Shown: positions 13,015 to 26,015, counted from the stretch's first letter. The stretch is 64,000 nucleotides of DNA from Octopus bimaculoides (GCF_001194135.2 NC_068994.1:58517305-58581304); one strand, 5' to 3'. A program made the numbers and translations. The notes: generated by a model not told the origin, from the letters alone.

Positions 13015-13286
13015 CAGGCATGACTGTGTGGTTAAGAAACTTGCTTCCCAGCTACATAGTTCCAGGTTCAGTACCACTGCATGGCATCTTGTCTTCTACT
13101 ACTGTCCTGGGCCAACCAAAGCCTTGTGAATGGATTTGGTTGACAGAAACTGAAAAAAGCCTATCATGTGGTTCTGGGTTCAGTCCCACTGCGTGGCACC
13201 TTGGGCAAGTATTTTCTACGATAGCCTTGTGCCGACCAAAGCCTTGTGAGTGGATTTGGTAGACGGAAACTGAAGGAAGCCGATCG

Positions 13287-13300
<14 letters not shown>
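13015..13300 (+). mobile_element. SINE family A, nested/tandem pair
   Basis: Internal core (GGGTTCAGTCCCACTG...AAAGCCTTGTG...GAAACTGAA) occurs twice in tandem. Confidence 0.75.
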
Positions 13301-13327
<27 letters not shown>

Positions 13328-13511
13328 ATGTTTGTGTGTCTGTGTTTGCCCCCCCCCCAACATCGCTTGATAACCGATGTTGGTGTGTTTACGTCCCCGT
13401 AACTTAGCGGTTCAGCAAAAAAAGACTGATAGAATAAGTACTAGGCTTACAAAGAATAAGTCCTGTAACCGCATCCTCTTCTCTCTTCTCTCTCCTCTCT
13501 TCTCTCTTCAG

Positions 13512-13759
13512 CATGTTCAATTGAAACTTCACAAATTTGATGAACTCGACTGCCTCATTAAGGGTATTAATTACATTGACCGCAACAACGACAAATCAGA
13601 ATGCTACTACTGGAAAAACCCAGACAACTGTGACAAATGTGAAAAGGTCACGTTTGATTTTAGGGATCCATATCCATATTTGGTCGTAAACATTGGATCT
13701 GGGGTCAGCATTTTGGCTGTTCGTTCACCTGATGACTACAAGCGTGTCAGTGGGACCAG
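13512..13759 (+). CDS. PANK: Pantothenate kinase coding exon 2 ([15 protein letters not shown]...[16 protein letters not shown]...RVSGTS)
   Basis: NIGSGVS motif; acceptor tctcttcag|, donor AG|gtatgt, phase 0 to 2. Confidence 0.95.
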
Positions 13760-14071
13760 GTATGTACCCGTCTTTCACTCGAGGTAGATTTGTACACTTT
13801 TTTTTACCAGTGTCTGTGTGTCTCTCAAGTGAAGCTTTCTTTCAGTTTCGAATCTGACTAAGTTTTCCAAAACAGTTTTACTTTCCTTCATTTGGCTTCT
13901 TTTTTTTTTTGTTTCTGAAGATTCTCAAATGGTTTTTCTTTTATTCTTTTACTTGCATCCGTCATTAAACTGTGGCCATGCTGGAGCACCGCCTTGACCC
14001 TTGTACTTATTTTTAAGCCTAGTACTGTTAGAAATAGCAGCCAAATTTTCCTTAAATATCACATTACCAGC

Positions 14072-14293
14072 TTAACCCCTTAGCATTCAAACTGGCTTTA
14101 TCCAGCCCAGATATTCTACCTTTTTTGTGTTCAAACTGACTAGATCAGGTCTCTCACACTTACCCTGCAATGTCATTCTAAAAATAAACAGTCGCATCAT
14201 CTCAAAGCTAAGAGATAATACCCGATTAATTCAAAACAATGTGAATAAATAAGGATTATATCTAACAGGATAATCTGAATTCTAAAGGGTTAA
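14072..14293. mobile_element. piggyBac-type MITE in a PanK intron
   Basis: TTAA-CCCCTTAG...CTAAAGGG-TTAA ends; second copy at 21114-21313, truncated end at ~15558. Confidence 0.7.
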
Positions 14294-14492
14294 AAAGGAT
14301 ACACTGGACAATGTTGTTCTTTATATGCAAAAAGATGGGATGGTCATGACTGGAATGCTTTTGATCATGAGTCTGATCTTTCAAGGTAAACTGAGGTGTT
14401 AAGCAACATAAACTAATGTACGATTTGTTGTCCCATGATGTTTTTTTTTTCTTTACAACTTGTCTTCTTTTGTCTGCTGTGCCCTCGTACAG

Positions 14493-14669
14493 TTTAGGTG
14501 GCGGCACCTTCCTGGGTCTTTGCTGTTTGCTAACCGGCTGCGAAACATTTGAAGAAGCAATACAGATGGCCTCACAAGGAGACAGCACCAAGGTAGACAG
14601 ACTGGTAAAAGACATTTACGGTGGTGACTACACCAAGTTTTGTCTGTCTGGAGATGCAGTGGCCAGCAG
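14493..14669 (+). CDS. PANK: Pantothenate kinase coding exon 3 ([16 protein letters not shown]...DIYGGDY...VASS)
   Basis: LGGGTF and DIYGGDY motifs; tacag| acceptor, AG|gtgagt donor, phase 2 to 2. Confidence 0.95.
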
Positions 14670-14787
14670 GTGAGTAGAAGGTAGAATGAATGGGACGGGG
14701 GAAGGCATGATGGCATTGGTGGTGAGTTGTGTGTGTGTGTGAACTTGTGTGCCCAACTTCTCTGTTTTCTCTCTCTCTTTCTTCAAG

Positions 14788-14911
14788 TTTTGGTCATATG
14801 AACCTGAAGGAGCGGCGTGACATTGCTTCACGGCATGACTTAGCCAAAGCAACCTTAGTGACCATCACCAACAACATTGGTTCCATAGCAAGGATGTGTG
14901 CAGTTACAGAG
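14788..14911 (+). CDS. PANK: Pantothenate kinase coding exon 4 (SFGHM...[17 protein letters not shown])
   Basis: SFG and TITNNIG motifs; 118-nt preceding intron; donor GAG|gtaagt. Confidence 0.95.
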
Positions 14912-16514
14912 GTAAGTCTTTTAAATATCTTCCACTGTACTCTACTTTATTTTCTTAATTATGAAAATGTTGGAACCGCAAGGTTTTCTATGTACCTACC
15001 TCAAGAACATACAAGCTACAGTAACAGCTCCTATGTAGTCACTTGATTTGCTAGAAATAGCAGCCAAATCTCCTTTAAATACCATCCAGCTGTCTTGAAA
15101 AAGGAAGCATACATTGAATAAAGTAGTTGTAGACGTACAGAAAGACAAGATGGTCATGACTGGAATGTCTGGTTACAGATCTGCTCAATGGGAACCGACC
15201 TGAGATATATATGAATGGTTGCAACTATCCCATTATCCATCCCTCTACACTTCTCGCCCACAATGTCACAACCTTCTCGTGTACACTGCTTTACAATCTA
15301 GAACGATCTCACATCTCTGATCCTAGAACATCATTGAACATTAACAAACCTTTCATATTCCACTTCTCACTTTGGTTTAGCTTCCCTTCAAGCAACCCCC
15401 ATATCCTTTTTCTACTGCCCTGCTGTTTCTTCCAGTCTTTCCAAACCTGTCTCTTCACTTTTACGACTCTACGTGTTTCACTCCTTCTCTACCGTGTCAC
15501 CATTAGTCTGGCTGCAACCTTGCACGAGTCACAAACTTGGTCTGTTGTCTCAGCAGCTTTAACCCTTTAGCATTCGGATTATGTTGGTGCTGGTGTCATG
15601 TAACTGGCACCGGTGCTGGTGGCATGTAAAAAGCACCTTTTGAGCACTGGGCCTCACAGAGACAAAGTGGCCAATGCTGGTGGCACATGAAAAGTTCCTT
15701 TCAAGTGTTGGGGCCTCACGGAGGCAATGACCAAGACCTTTGGCATTATGTCATGCTTGATAAGAAGACCCATCAAGCCAAGTAAAATCGCAGTCATGGA
15801 AGATACTGGTGTCACGCAAATGGCACCTGTTCCAGTGGCACATAAAAGCACCCATTGCACTCTCAGAGTGGTTGGCATTAGGAAGGGCATCCAGCTGTAG
15901 AAAATCTGAAATTGCTGGCCTTGTGCCAAAATTTGGAATCAATATTCTCTGTGCTCCGAGTTCAAATCCATGTGAGGTCAAGTTTACCTTTCATCCTTTT
16001 AGGGTCAATAAGTAAAATACCAGTTGAATAATCATTGATTATTCTCTCTCTCAACCACCCAGCCCCCCCCCCTCTCTTTGGAACCACAATTGGATGATGC
16101 TTTATACGTGTCACCTGCACAGAAGCCAGTCAAAGCGACACTGGCATTGGCCATGTTCGGATGATGCTTTTTACATGCTACCGGCACGGGGGTCACAACT
16201 ACAATTTCCATTTGATTTGATTTTCATATTGATGTTGATGTTGATGTACTTGACTCATTAGGTCTCCTCAAGCACGGCATGTCAACCCACGATCCAAGGA
16301 ACTTCTGAGTGGGCTGGGGCTGGGGCTGGTTATGCGACACTGGTGGAGGTTCCAGCTGTGGAACTCCCTTTATTTTCCGAGTCTTCTCAGTCTTCTCCAG
16401 AGGTCTCAGGCTTTTGTCATTGCCTCTGTGAGGCCCAACGTTCAAAGGTCATGCTTCATTACCCCATATATCTATATATATATATCTCAGTGTGTCTGCT
16501 CTGTTGCATTTCAG

Positions 16515-16640
16515 AAAATGGAACGTGTTGTATTTGTGGGTAACTTCCTCCGAGTAAACACAATATCTATGAAACTGCTGGCATATGCTATGGAGTATTG
16601 GTCTGGAGGTTCCCTCAAGGCGTTATTTCTAGAGCATGAG
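16515..16640 (+). CDS. PANK: Pantothenate kinase coding exon 5 ([15 protein letters not shown]...ALFLEHE)
   Basis: VFVGNFLR and FLEHE motifs; tttcag| acceptor, GAG|gtaata donor. Confidence 0.95.
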
Positions 16641-16672
16641 GTAATAATTTGCTTTTACTCCTTCTCACACTA

Positions 16673-16704
<32 letters not shown>

Positions 16705-17406
16705 CATACATGCCTGTAAATAAGCACACGTATCTCTGTGTGTGTGAGAGGGGTGTAATAGAATTTGTATTCGAGTGTGTGTTTGTGTGTGTCTATTTGT
16801 GTGTGTGTGCTTATGAGTGTCTATTTGTGTGTGTGTGTGTCTTTGTGTGTATGTGTTTGTGTCTATTTGTTTGTGTGTCTGTATTTGTGCATGTGTCTGT
16901 GTGTGTGCGTGTGTGTGTGTGTGTATGAGAGGCAATATGTATTTGTATGTGTCTCTATGTTTGCAAGTGAGAAGGTTGTATATGTGTGCAGGTGTGTGTG
17001 TGTGTGTGTGTGAAGGCACATGGCTTGGTGGTTTGGGTGTTTGGTTCACGACTGCAAGGTCAGGAATTCGATACCTGGCGGTGCATTTCACATTGCTCCA
17101 GTTCACTCAACTGGCAAAACCACGTTGTACCTGTAATTGAAATGGCCAGCCTTGTCACATTCTGTGAATCTCCCTGAGAACTATGATAAGTGTATGCGTC
17201 TGTGGAATACTCAGCCACTTGTATGTTAATTTCACTAGCGGGTTGTTCCGTCAATCAGATTAACTGGAACACTTATCGTCGTAACCAACAAAGTCCTGAT
17301 TCTGTGTGTGTTCCTGTGTAAACCTTTGCACATGTGTGTGACTGTGTGTGTTTGTGTTTCCACCCGTATTCAGTTTATCTCTCTCTCTCTCTCTCTCTCT
17401 TTGCAG

Positions 17407-17469
17407 GGTTATTTCGGTGCCATGGGATGTCTGCTGGAACTTATGAATATGGGAGATTCTATCAGATAA
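17407..17469 (+). CDS. PANK: Pantothenate kinase last coding exon (GYFGAMGCLLELMNMGDSIR*)
   Basis: GYFGA motif completing HEGYFGA; stop TAA 17467-17469; six exons sum to 1089 nt = 362 aa + stop. Confidence 0.93.
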   Translation, partial: GYFGAMGCLLELMNMGDSIR

Positions 17470-17840
17470 CATTACCACAAACTATACTTACAGGCAAACA
17501 CATTCACACAATTGCATACACACACAAATATGCAAATGTACATATAACGCGTGTCCGAGTCCCATATGATTGCCCCCACCCCCACACCTGCCAATCTTCT
17601 GTAAATGTAACATTTCTCAATACTGCTTACCAATCACCTTGAAATAATGCTGAAAAATCTTCTCTTTTTACTTTTAGCAGTCTTCCTATGCTGTATGTGT
17701 GTCAGAGTCTGCGAGAGAGAGAGAGAGAGAGAAAGAGAGGCAGAAAGAGTGAGAGAATGTATGTATTTGTGCATATATGAAGGCCTGTTGGTTAGAAACA
17801 CTCACACACACACACACACACACATAGGGAGACAGGTATA

Positions 17841-17880
<40 letters not shown>

Positions 17881-18026
17881 GCATATAAAGAATAAGAGGG
17901 GTTTAGTTCCCTGGAGAACTAAACAAATAGGTGTGCTTAGTGCTAAAATTGGTCATCCGTTAGGTTCCAAGTTCGCAGCTGAGGCTGGAGCTAGGGAGCC
18001 ATGTTAGACTTGTGAATTAGCAGATA

Positions 18027-18202
18027 TATATAATATTAGAAGGAAAAGGACAACAAAAACCAAGGCAGGAAGAGTATCTCAAGTCATTTAGAATGTTTAA
18101 TTAGGGTAACGTGAATTTGAAGTCCTTACCCTAATTAAACATTCTAAATGACTTGAGATACTCTTCCTGCCTTGGCTTTTGTTGTCCTTTTTCCTCTAAT
18201 AT

Positions 18203-18208
<6 letters not shown>
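18027..18208. repeat. Long inverted repeat (~83-bp arms, 50 bp perfect, 16-nt loop)
   Basis: 18060-18109 is the exact reverse complement of 18126-18175; flanked by (TA)n. Confidence 0.95.
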
Positions 18209-18246
<38 letters not shown>

Positions 18247-18300
18247 ACACCTAATCCATAATTGTTGGTTCCAACAAAATATAAATTCTGTTTTGCTTAT

Positions 18301-18348
18301 TATTCCTGATGAGTCATAAGCAAAACAAAATATGTGTTTTGTTGAAAT
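18301..18348 (+). ncRNA. Degenerate type I hammerhead-like motif downstream of the PanK stop
   Basis: UUC-CUGAUGA-GU(CAUAA)GC-AAAAC-AAAA(UAUGUG)UUUU-GUU-GAA; G12 reads A (CpG-type change). Confidence 0.5.
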
Positions 18349-19853
18349 CAACAACTATATTCACTCTCAGATTCCTCTTTCAATATTTTATTCTTAGTGG
18401 CTGGACATAGCTTCTTTTTGAACTTGTCACTCACTAAACAACTCACACACACATACACATTGTATTCGTTCTTTACCATTTAAAAAAAAAATTTTGCCTT
18501 TCTCAAATTGAGTCTAACAGAGGTAACTAACTCTACAATAGATTAACTTGACACCATAACATTATTATTTAATATGTATATAGACACATATACACCTCTT
18601 GTTATTTTTTTCTCTTTGTTAGAATTGAACACATTCATAATGCCTTTAGCTAATCTAAAGGAGCAACTCACCCGAAATATATGGCAAATAGTGTGCCAAG
18701 AGGGATGCTCTTGGCTTCCAGTTTCTTGAGGTTTGTCTGCTGCAGCTGCCAGAGGTTGGCATCACTGTTTCATTGAGTTGTAAAGAATTTAGGATTAAAT
18801 GTCCGTTTGTGACAGAAATCACTTTGGATTTCTGGTCGAGTTATACAGTTGACCGAATCAGGATATGCAATAATCTAGGTTAATTGTCTATCACAAATAT
18901 TCCAAGGCATTCATACATTTCTTCTCTAAGCTTCCAAATAAAGCAGACCCCTAGCCTTCTAGGAGACGGAAAATTCTGATGTAACCCTGGCAAATACATA
19001 CATTGTTTAGGGCGTTGGAGTGACCCTGTGCAAGGCCTTTCCTCACTTTCAATAGCTTGAGACACAATCATTGCTTAATCTTTTTTCATATCTCTATAGT
19101 GTGTGCTGAATGCTGTAGCTGGCCATGGCCAAGGAGGGGGTGCAGGACTGTTAGGGGGAAGTTCTGTGATAGAATGAAGCTATGGAGTTGTGGCGGGGCA
19201 TGGTCTCCACTTATATGCAGGGGAGTGTGAGTCCCTAGCAGGGCTGGAGAGCCACATCTGTACTGCTTGAAGAGAACAGTCAAGCGATGGCGACACACGT
19301 CTATGCACATGTGTGTCAAGTTAATGTTTGTTTCTTTATGTTCAGTTATAATAAGACCAATTTTACATTAATCTAATGGGTTACTCTGTACTTTTGTAGA
19401 GTACAAATTTATTATTCTTAAGCAAAAATGTTGTCGACAGTGACTTCAAAGTTTCAGGCAGTTAAGCCAATGTTGGACCGTCAATAATAATTTTGTTATA
19501 TATATATGGTTGTATGTCTGTGTGTGTGTCTATACATATATATACGAACACTCTGTCAGTTACGACGACGAGGGTCCCAGCTGATACGATCAATGGAAAA
19601 GCTTGCTCGGTAAATTAACATGCAAGTGGTTGAGCACTCCACAGACACGTGTACCCACGACGTAGTTCTCAGTGAGATTCAGCATGACACAAATTGTGAC
19701 AAGGCCGGCTGCTATTCACTTTTGCCAGTTGAGTGGACTCGAGCAATGTGAAATAAAGCATCTTGCTGAAGGACACAACGCGTCACCAGGAAGTGAACTC
19801 ACAACTTTATGATCATGAGCCAAACGCCCTAACCACTAAGCCATGCACCTTCA

Positions 19854-19893
<40 letters not shown>

Positions 19894-20234
19894 ATACACA
19901 CATACATATATCCATTTACAAAACCTTCTGGTTTTGTGGCATTGAGGAGAAAGTGCAATTCGTTAAATGATCAATACCTGTATTCACTGGATAAGTGCAA
20001 AGATTCACTGTTTGCTGACAAGCATTCACCAAAATCTTCTTTCCAAATGCTGGAAACATTCCTCCAGCAACTCCCTCTCTCTACACACACACAAACCTGA
20101 GAGCCATCACGATCAATGTTAGCAAAATGAAAGTTAGGTTTATTGAGATTGTTGTAATGCTAGAATGGAAGCTTGTAGCTATGTATATATCTCTGTCATA
20201 TATATGCATATGTGTGTATATGTATACATAATTA

Positions 20235-20286
<52 letters not shown>

Positions 20287-20369
20287 TATATATATATATA
20301 TATGATTGACCGTTGACTGAACACTATTCAATTTTTTTTTTCTCCGTGTTTTTCTCCTTGTCGCCGTAT

Positions 20370-20406
20370 TCTTTCTGTTGAAGAGCGTAGCTCGAAACGT
20401 CAAAGA
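20370..20406 (+). ncRNA. Minimal type I hammerhead-ribozyme-like motif in a short repeat flanked by (TA)n
   Basis: UCUUU-CUGUUGA-A-GAGC(GUA)GCUC-GAAAC-GUC-AAAGA; stems I and II pair perfectly; core has A6U. Confidence 0.6.
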
Positions 20407-20496
20407 CTTTCCGTATTCCCGAGCGTCATACTAATATATACTTTTGTTATTTACACCACCTGTCCTCGTCTGTTGTTATTATTTGTATATTCTCCC

Positions 20497-20532
<36 letters not shown>

Positions 20533-20996
20533 ATGAATATTGTTAGTGCAGTAGAATGGCAGAATTGTTAGAATATTCAAGACGATGCCTTGCTGTATTT
20601 AGTTAGAATTCTTTCTTCCCTTCTGATTTTAGATCCTACCATGGCCATCTTAACTTTTCCTCTCTCTAGGCTTCATTAAAATGAAGCATGAATCAGGGGC
20701 TTCCGTCAGTTTAACCGTTTTAATATTTCTGCTACATTGGTTGCCCTGTGCCCATCTTAGAAATCAATATTTTTATCTTTGTTATTTTCAATAGGAAGTC
20801 AGAATGGCAAAGTTGATGTTCAAAGCTCAAAGTGCCACATTGTACTTTGGTGTGTCCCTCTTGTGGGCAAATCCTTCCAGGAATGACTTAGTTTCTCATT
20901 CTTCTGGGGCCAATAAAATATTGTACTAGTCATATACTGGTGTCAATTTAGTCTTCTTACATATGTTATCACTATCATCAATTAGTTTTATTCCTG

Positions 20997-21033
<37 letters not shown>

Positions 21034-21113
21034 TCACTCACTCACACGCATATATACATATGTAGACATTCATACGTATATGTGTTTGTGTCTGTAGCAA
21101 ACGGCTTCACTTT

Positions 21114-21313
21114 TTAACCCTTTAGCATTTAAACGGGCCATATTCAGCCAAAATATCCTGTTTTATGTTCATATTAGCCAAATCTGACCTTTCACACCAA
21201 CCTTACACTCACATCAAAATCTCAAAGCTACAAGATAATCCAGGATTAATTCCAAATGGTGTGGATAAATAAGAATTACATTTGACTGAGTAATCTGAAT
21301 GTTAAAGTGTTAA
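21114..21313. mobile_element. piggyBac-type MITE, second copy
   Basis: TTAA-CCCTTTAGCA...GTTAAAGTG-TTAA; internal homology to 14072-14293. Confidence 0.65.
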
Positions 21314-23209
21314 CCATTGGAGGCGAGACACAAGTGTTCAAAATAATTCTTTCTCAAGAATTATTTTCCATATTTCCTTATTAGAACCCTAATGTTTGGT
21401 GCAATAGCATTAACATTTGGTCATCAAATGAAGTGGTTGGTCATTGTGATTCTATTACCATATTTTTGCCAATGTGGCCATCAAGGTGCACGGGTACAAT
21501 GGCATGTTCAGCCCCTCTTCACCAAATGAAAGAATTTGAACTGTTGTCTCCAAAATTCATCAAACAGTGACTATTGTTCGTTAGTGGCCAGGGTATATTG
21601 TGTGTATGTGTGTGTTTTGTTGCTGTTAACAGAGCTTTCATTGTTAATCTTATAGAATCATAAATATGTATGTATACATATAATCATAGATACTTGTGTA
21701 TTTACATAGATCTATGTGTGTGTGTGTGTGTGTGTATGTAAATATATATGTGCATATATATATATGTGTATATACACTTATGTGTTTATATGTAGATGTG
21801 TGTATGTATACACATGTGTATGTGCATGTATACATGTGTGCATATGTATATATATGTGTATGTATTTCTGGCGGTGTATCTTCTCCATCTAAGCCCCACT
21901 CTGTCCCCTCCTCACATCTCCCTTCGGATGTAAAAAATTATTTCAATTAAATATTTGGGAGAAATTTGTTGGATTTTGGGTTTGTTTATTTTTTTTTCCT
22001 TTTGTTTTGTATTATTTCATTTACATGTTTGTTTGTTTTATTTCCATCTAAATTCTTTAGTTTGGCTGGTAATGTAGGCGGTGGTGTTACGGTGAAATGC
22101 TTTCGTTTGTCATAAAGAATCCATTGTAAAATTGTGGCCAGCAGGATGGAGCCTGCTGTTGTGAAGCTGCTCCATTGAAGCAATGACTGATAATGTAATC
22201 CTAACGAGAGATTGATCACTGATTGGTGAAATTAAAAGTTAGAATTTGATTTTTACCAATGTGTCTAACATCACAGACAATCACTCGCTATGTTGCAAGG
22301 TAACTGACGTTCTTGCCTGGAGGAGCAATCGAGGGAGAAGGTCATCATCAATACTTAGAAACGATGAGTCTTTTGTGGTTTTCATTTTTGTGTCTGAAGA
22401 ATTTCGTTTTCCTATTGTTTGACATTTTCTTCATCTACTACCAATCTGCTATGTATATATTCACGCATACATATACATGCACATGCATTTATGTATATAT
22501 ATGTATATACGCATACGTTTATGTATACACACACACACACATACATATATGTATATGCATATATATGTGTGTGTGTGTATATATTTATATATATATATAT
22601 ATACACACATACACACGTGTATGTGTGTGTGTGTTCGTGGGGAACACTGTAGGTTGAATTATGGAATAAGATAAAATGAAAAAAATTTAGTCAAAACAAA
22701 AAAAAAAAGGAGATAAATTTTCCAGGTTTAGTATTTGATGTGCACATTACATACAACAGGTGAGGTGGTTCACCAGGGAGGGGCAGCAGCCATCATGGAG
22801 GAGCAGTGGTCATTAGGGAAGTGAGGTGGTCATCTCACACTTTTATGTTAATTTGGTTTTATTCTTTCTTGGATTTTTGCCCCTGTCTGATGCAGAGGCT
22901 AGACCCTGTTTTTTCAGGGAGTTTCACTCACTTTGGTTCATATTTGATCTAGAATTATTATGTATGTCCTAGGCTAGTGTGCAAAATCACATGTTAAGTG
23001 AACAAGTGTGTGTGTGATAGTGTATTATTCCACCTATGTGTGAATGGACATGTAGATGAGTGTGTTGAAGTGGGAATACCCTTGCACACATAGCCATCCG
23101 ATTATCCAATATCCTGTTATCTAATAACCAGTAAGATTGGCTGAGACAGATCTATAATACTCTATACTTTGATTAATATATGAACATTCTGTGTTTGTGG
23201 GTTAATATG

Positions 23210-23241
<32 letters not shown>

Positions 23242-25254
23242 TCATGTGATCGGCCATACTATCAGATGTTATACACCGCTGGTCACAATGCGCTTTGCAT
23301 TGTTTTAGCATTTGAATGAAGCCAACCCACTGGTTAGTCGAGCAGGCCAATGTCCGTTCCCCTTGATCAGAATGTCTAATCCATTGCAGGGGTGACCCAT
23401 TTACAGCTGTGTGGACTGGAGCAACACTGAAATGAAGTGTTTTCCTGAAGCACACAAAATGCAGCTGGTCTGGGAATTGAAACCTCAATCTCACACTCAT
23501 GAGTGCAACATACCTAACCACTAGGCCATGTGCCTTCACACACACACACACACATATATTTACATATACACACACACACACACACACACACTCACATATT
23601 CCTTATCCTCCCCCTCTAACAGCAATAATCAAATGTATTTTGTTTCAAAAATTTTTGTAAATATAAACCAAAACCAACCACAACAACAACAACAACATTT
23701 GCTTAAATTCAATAATGAAACCAAATACAAAAAAAAAACATAAAAGATATCTTAAAAGACTGCTTTGTTGTGACATTAACTGAATGATTGATCTTGTTCA
23801 GTTGTATTGATCTGCTGACCTGGGTGAAAAGCATTTGAAAAATAGGAGAAAGTGAGAGAGAAGAGGAAGAATCCAAAAACTGAAAAAGTTTGAATANNNN
23901 NNNNNNNNNNNNNNNNNNNNNNNNNNNNNNNNNNNNNNNNNNNNNNNNNNNNNNNNNNNNNNNNNNNNNNNNNNNNNNNNNNNNNNNNNNNNNNNNNNNN
24001 NNNNNNNNNNNNNNNNNNNNNNNNNNNNNNNNNNNNNNNNNNNNNNNNNNNNNNNNNNNNNNNNNNNNNNNNNNNNNNNNNNNNNNNGGTTTCATTTTGT
24101 TTTTTGTTTTTTTTTTCTTTTTTTCTTAAATGGAAAGAAATACAAACCAAGAATTGTAAAATATTTCAATGTTTCATAGAATTTACCAGAAATAAAGTAG
24201 AACCAAAAAATTGTTTATTTAAGAGTGTTTTATCATTTTTGTGTATGTTTTTGTTGTTTTGTTGGCAAAGGAGACAGAAATATATTGCGTATAGCATTAA
24301 TTAATAGGTCAATATATTTCTGGACGAAGGCAGCAGGCTGGCAGAGTGGTTAGCACGCTGGAGAAAAGCACTCACCAGCATTTCATCTGTCTTTACATTC
24401 TGAGTTCAAATTCCACCAAGGTTGACTTTGTCTTTCATCCTTTTGCAGGGGAAATGAAATAAGTCCCAGTTAAGCACTGGGGTTGATATAATAAACATGC
24501 CCCCCTCCTCTGAAATTGCTGGCCTTGTGCCAAAATTTGAGATCAATATATTACTGGACTAATTAACTACCAGACTAATGAATAACCTCCCAGTGTTATT
24601 GCTTCTGTCTAGGTGGTCATGCTGGAGCACCTCCTTGAAGAGTTTTTAGTCATATGAATCAACTCACCCCCAGTACTTTTTCTTAAAAGCCTGGTTCTTA
24701 TTCTATCAGTCTATTTTGCTGAACCACTAAGTTATGGGGACATAAACACACCAACACCAGTTGTCAAATGGTGATGGGACACATGCACACACATATAATG
24801 GGCTTCTTTCAGTTTCTGTCTACTAAATCCACTCACAAGGCTTTTGTTGGCCCAACGTTTTAGTAGAAGATACTTGGGACTGAACACGAAACCATGTGGT
24901 TGAGAAGGAAGCTTCTTACCTCACAGCCACACCTGGGCCAATGTTAAGAATTTTTATGTTAACAAGCAACAATGGATTGAGGTCAGTGAAAAAGGAGAAT
25001 TTAGGATAAGGGTAAATTTAATGAAAGTATTTATACATAAGTTAACAAATTTAGAAAATACTTTGATCTCTTCTCCCTTCACCTCTCTGACTGTCTGTCT
25101 GTCTCCCTCCCTCACCCCTGTCTGACTACCTCATTACAACAGATAGGAATAACAATCAAGATCAAAATTAGGTTATTTTTCTTTGAAAGTACAGCAAGCA
25201 CACAACATGACTAGCATAAGCTGAACTATAATAATAATAATAATAATAATAAAA

Positions 25255-25540
25255 ACAGAAACAATTCCTATCATAGTAGGTGCCTTAGGTATAATAAAAA
25301 GATATTCAGACAAATACATAACAAAAACACCAGGACTTACAAATATATATATAACATACAGAAAATTGCACTACTGGGCACTGCACACATCCTACGCAAA
25401 ACACTTTCAATACAGTAACCATAAGAGCACCACAGCAAACCACAGCACATACCCAAAGCACACAGAGCTGCGCTCGGTAGCGAAGTGAAAGCACGTTATA
25501 AAAATAAAACTACTGAATAATAATAATAATAATAATAAAA
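25255..25540 (+). mobile_element. 5'-truncated RLE-clade (R4/Dong-like) non-LTR retrotransposon 3' end
   Basis: PIIVGALG...IQKIALLGTAHILRKTLSIQ*; (AAT)n on both sides. Confidence 0.7.
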
Positions 25541-25619
25541 CTGTTGAAACACACAAAGAAGGCCAAGTGTCATGAACACTAAAAATTATGTAACTAAAGA
25601 AAAATTTAAAGAAGAAATG

Positions 25620-26015
25620 AACAAAAAAAAAAGAAAGAGCATGGAAGGAAAAGAAAATGTACGGTCAGTTTGCAAGAGATGTGAAAGCCAAGACAGATAC
25701 AGAGGACCGGTGGCTATGGATGAGGAGAAGTGACCTGAAGAGAGACAGAAGCACTCATATGCGCAGCTCAGGAACAAACATTAAGGATCAATCATATGAA
25801 GTGCAGAATAGACAACACTCTGATAGCAACAAATGCAGAATGTGTGGTGAGAGGGGTGAAACGGTATGGCACATCGTTAGCAAATGCCCGAAATTGGCAC
25901 AACACAAATACGAAAGACACCGGGACAATGTGGCAAGAGTGATCCATTGGGAACTCAGTGGGGACCACAGCCTACAAAGAGCAAAGACGTGGTATAAGCA
26001 AACTCCAGAAAGTGT
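25620..26015 (+). pseudogene. RLE-clade non-LTR fragment with CCHC zinc knuckle
   Basis: WMRRSDLK...KCRMCGERGETVWHIVSKCPKLAQ...RDNVARVIHWEL. Confidence 0.8.

Noticed and set aside
16332-17140. Many ORFs rich in CV/HT/YI/poly-I/poly-M
   Set aside because: Translations of (CA)n, (TA)n and (CAT)n microsatellites
18620-19300. Possible RT relic (VRKGLAQG...) on the minus strand
   Set aside because: Too many stops and only one partial motif; class cannot be supported without a search
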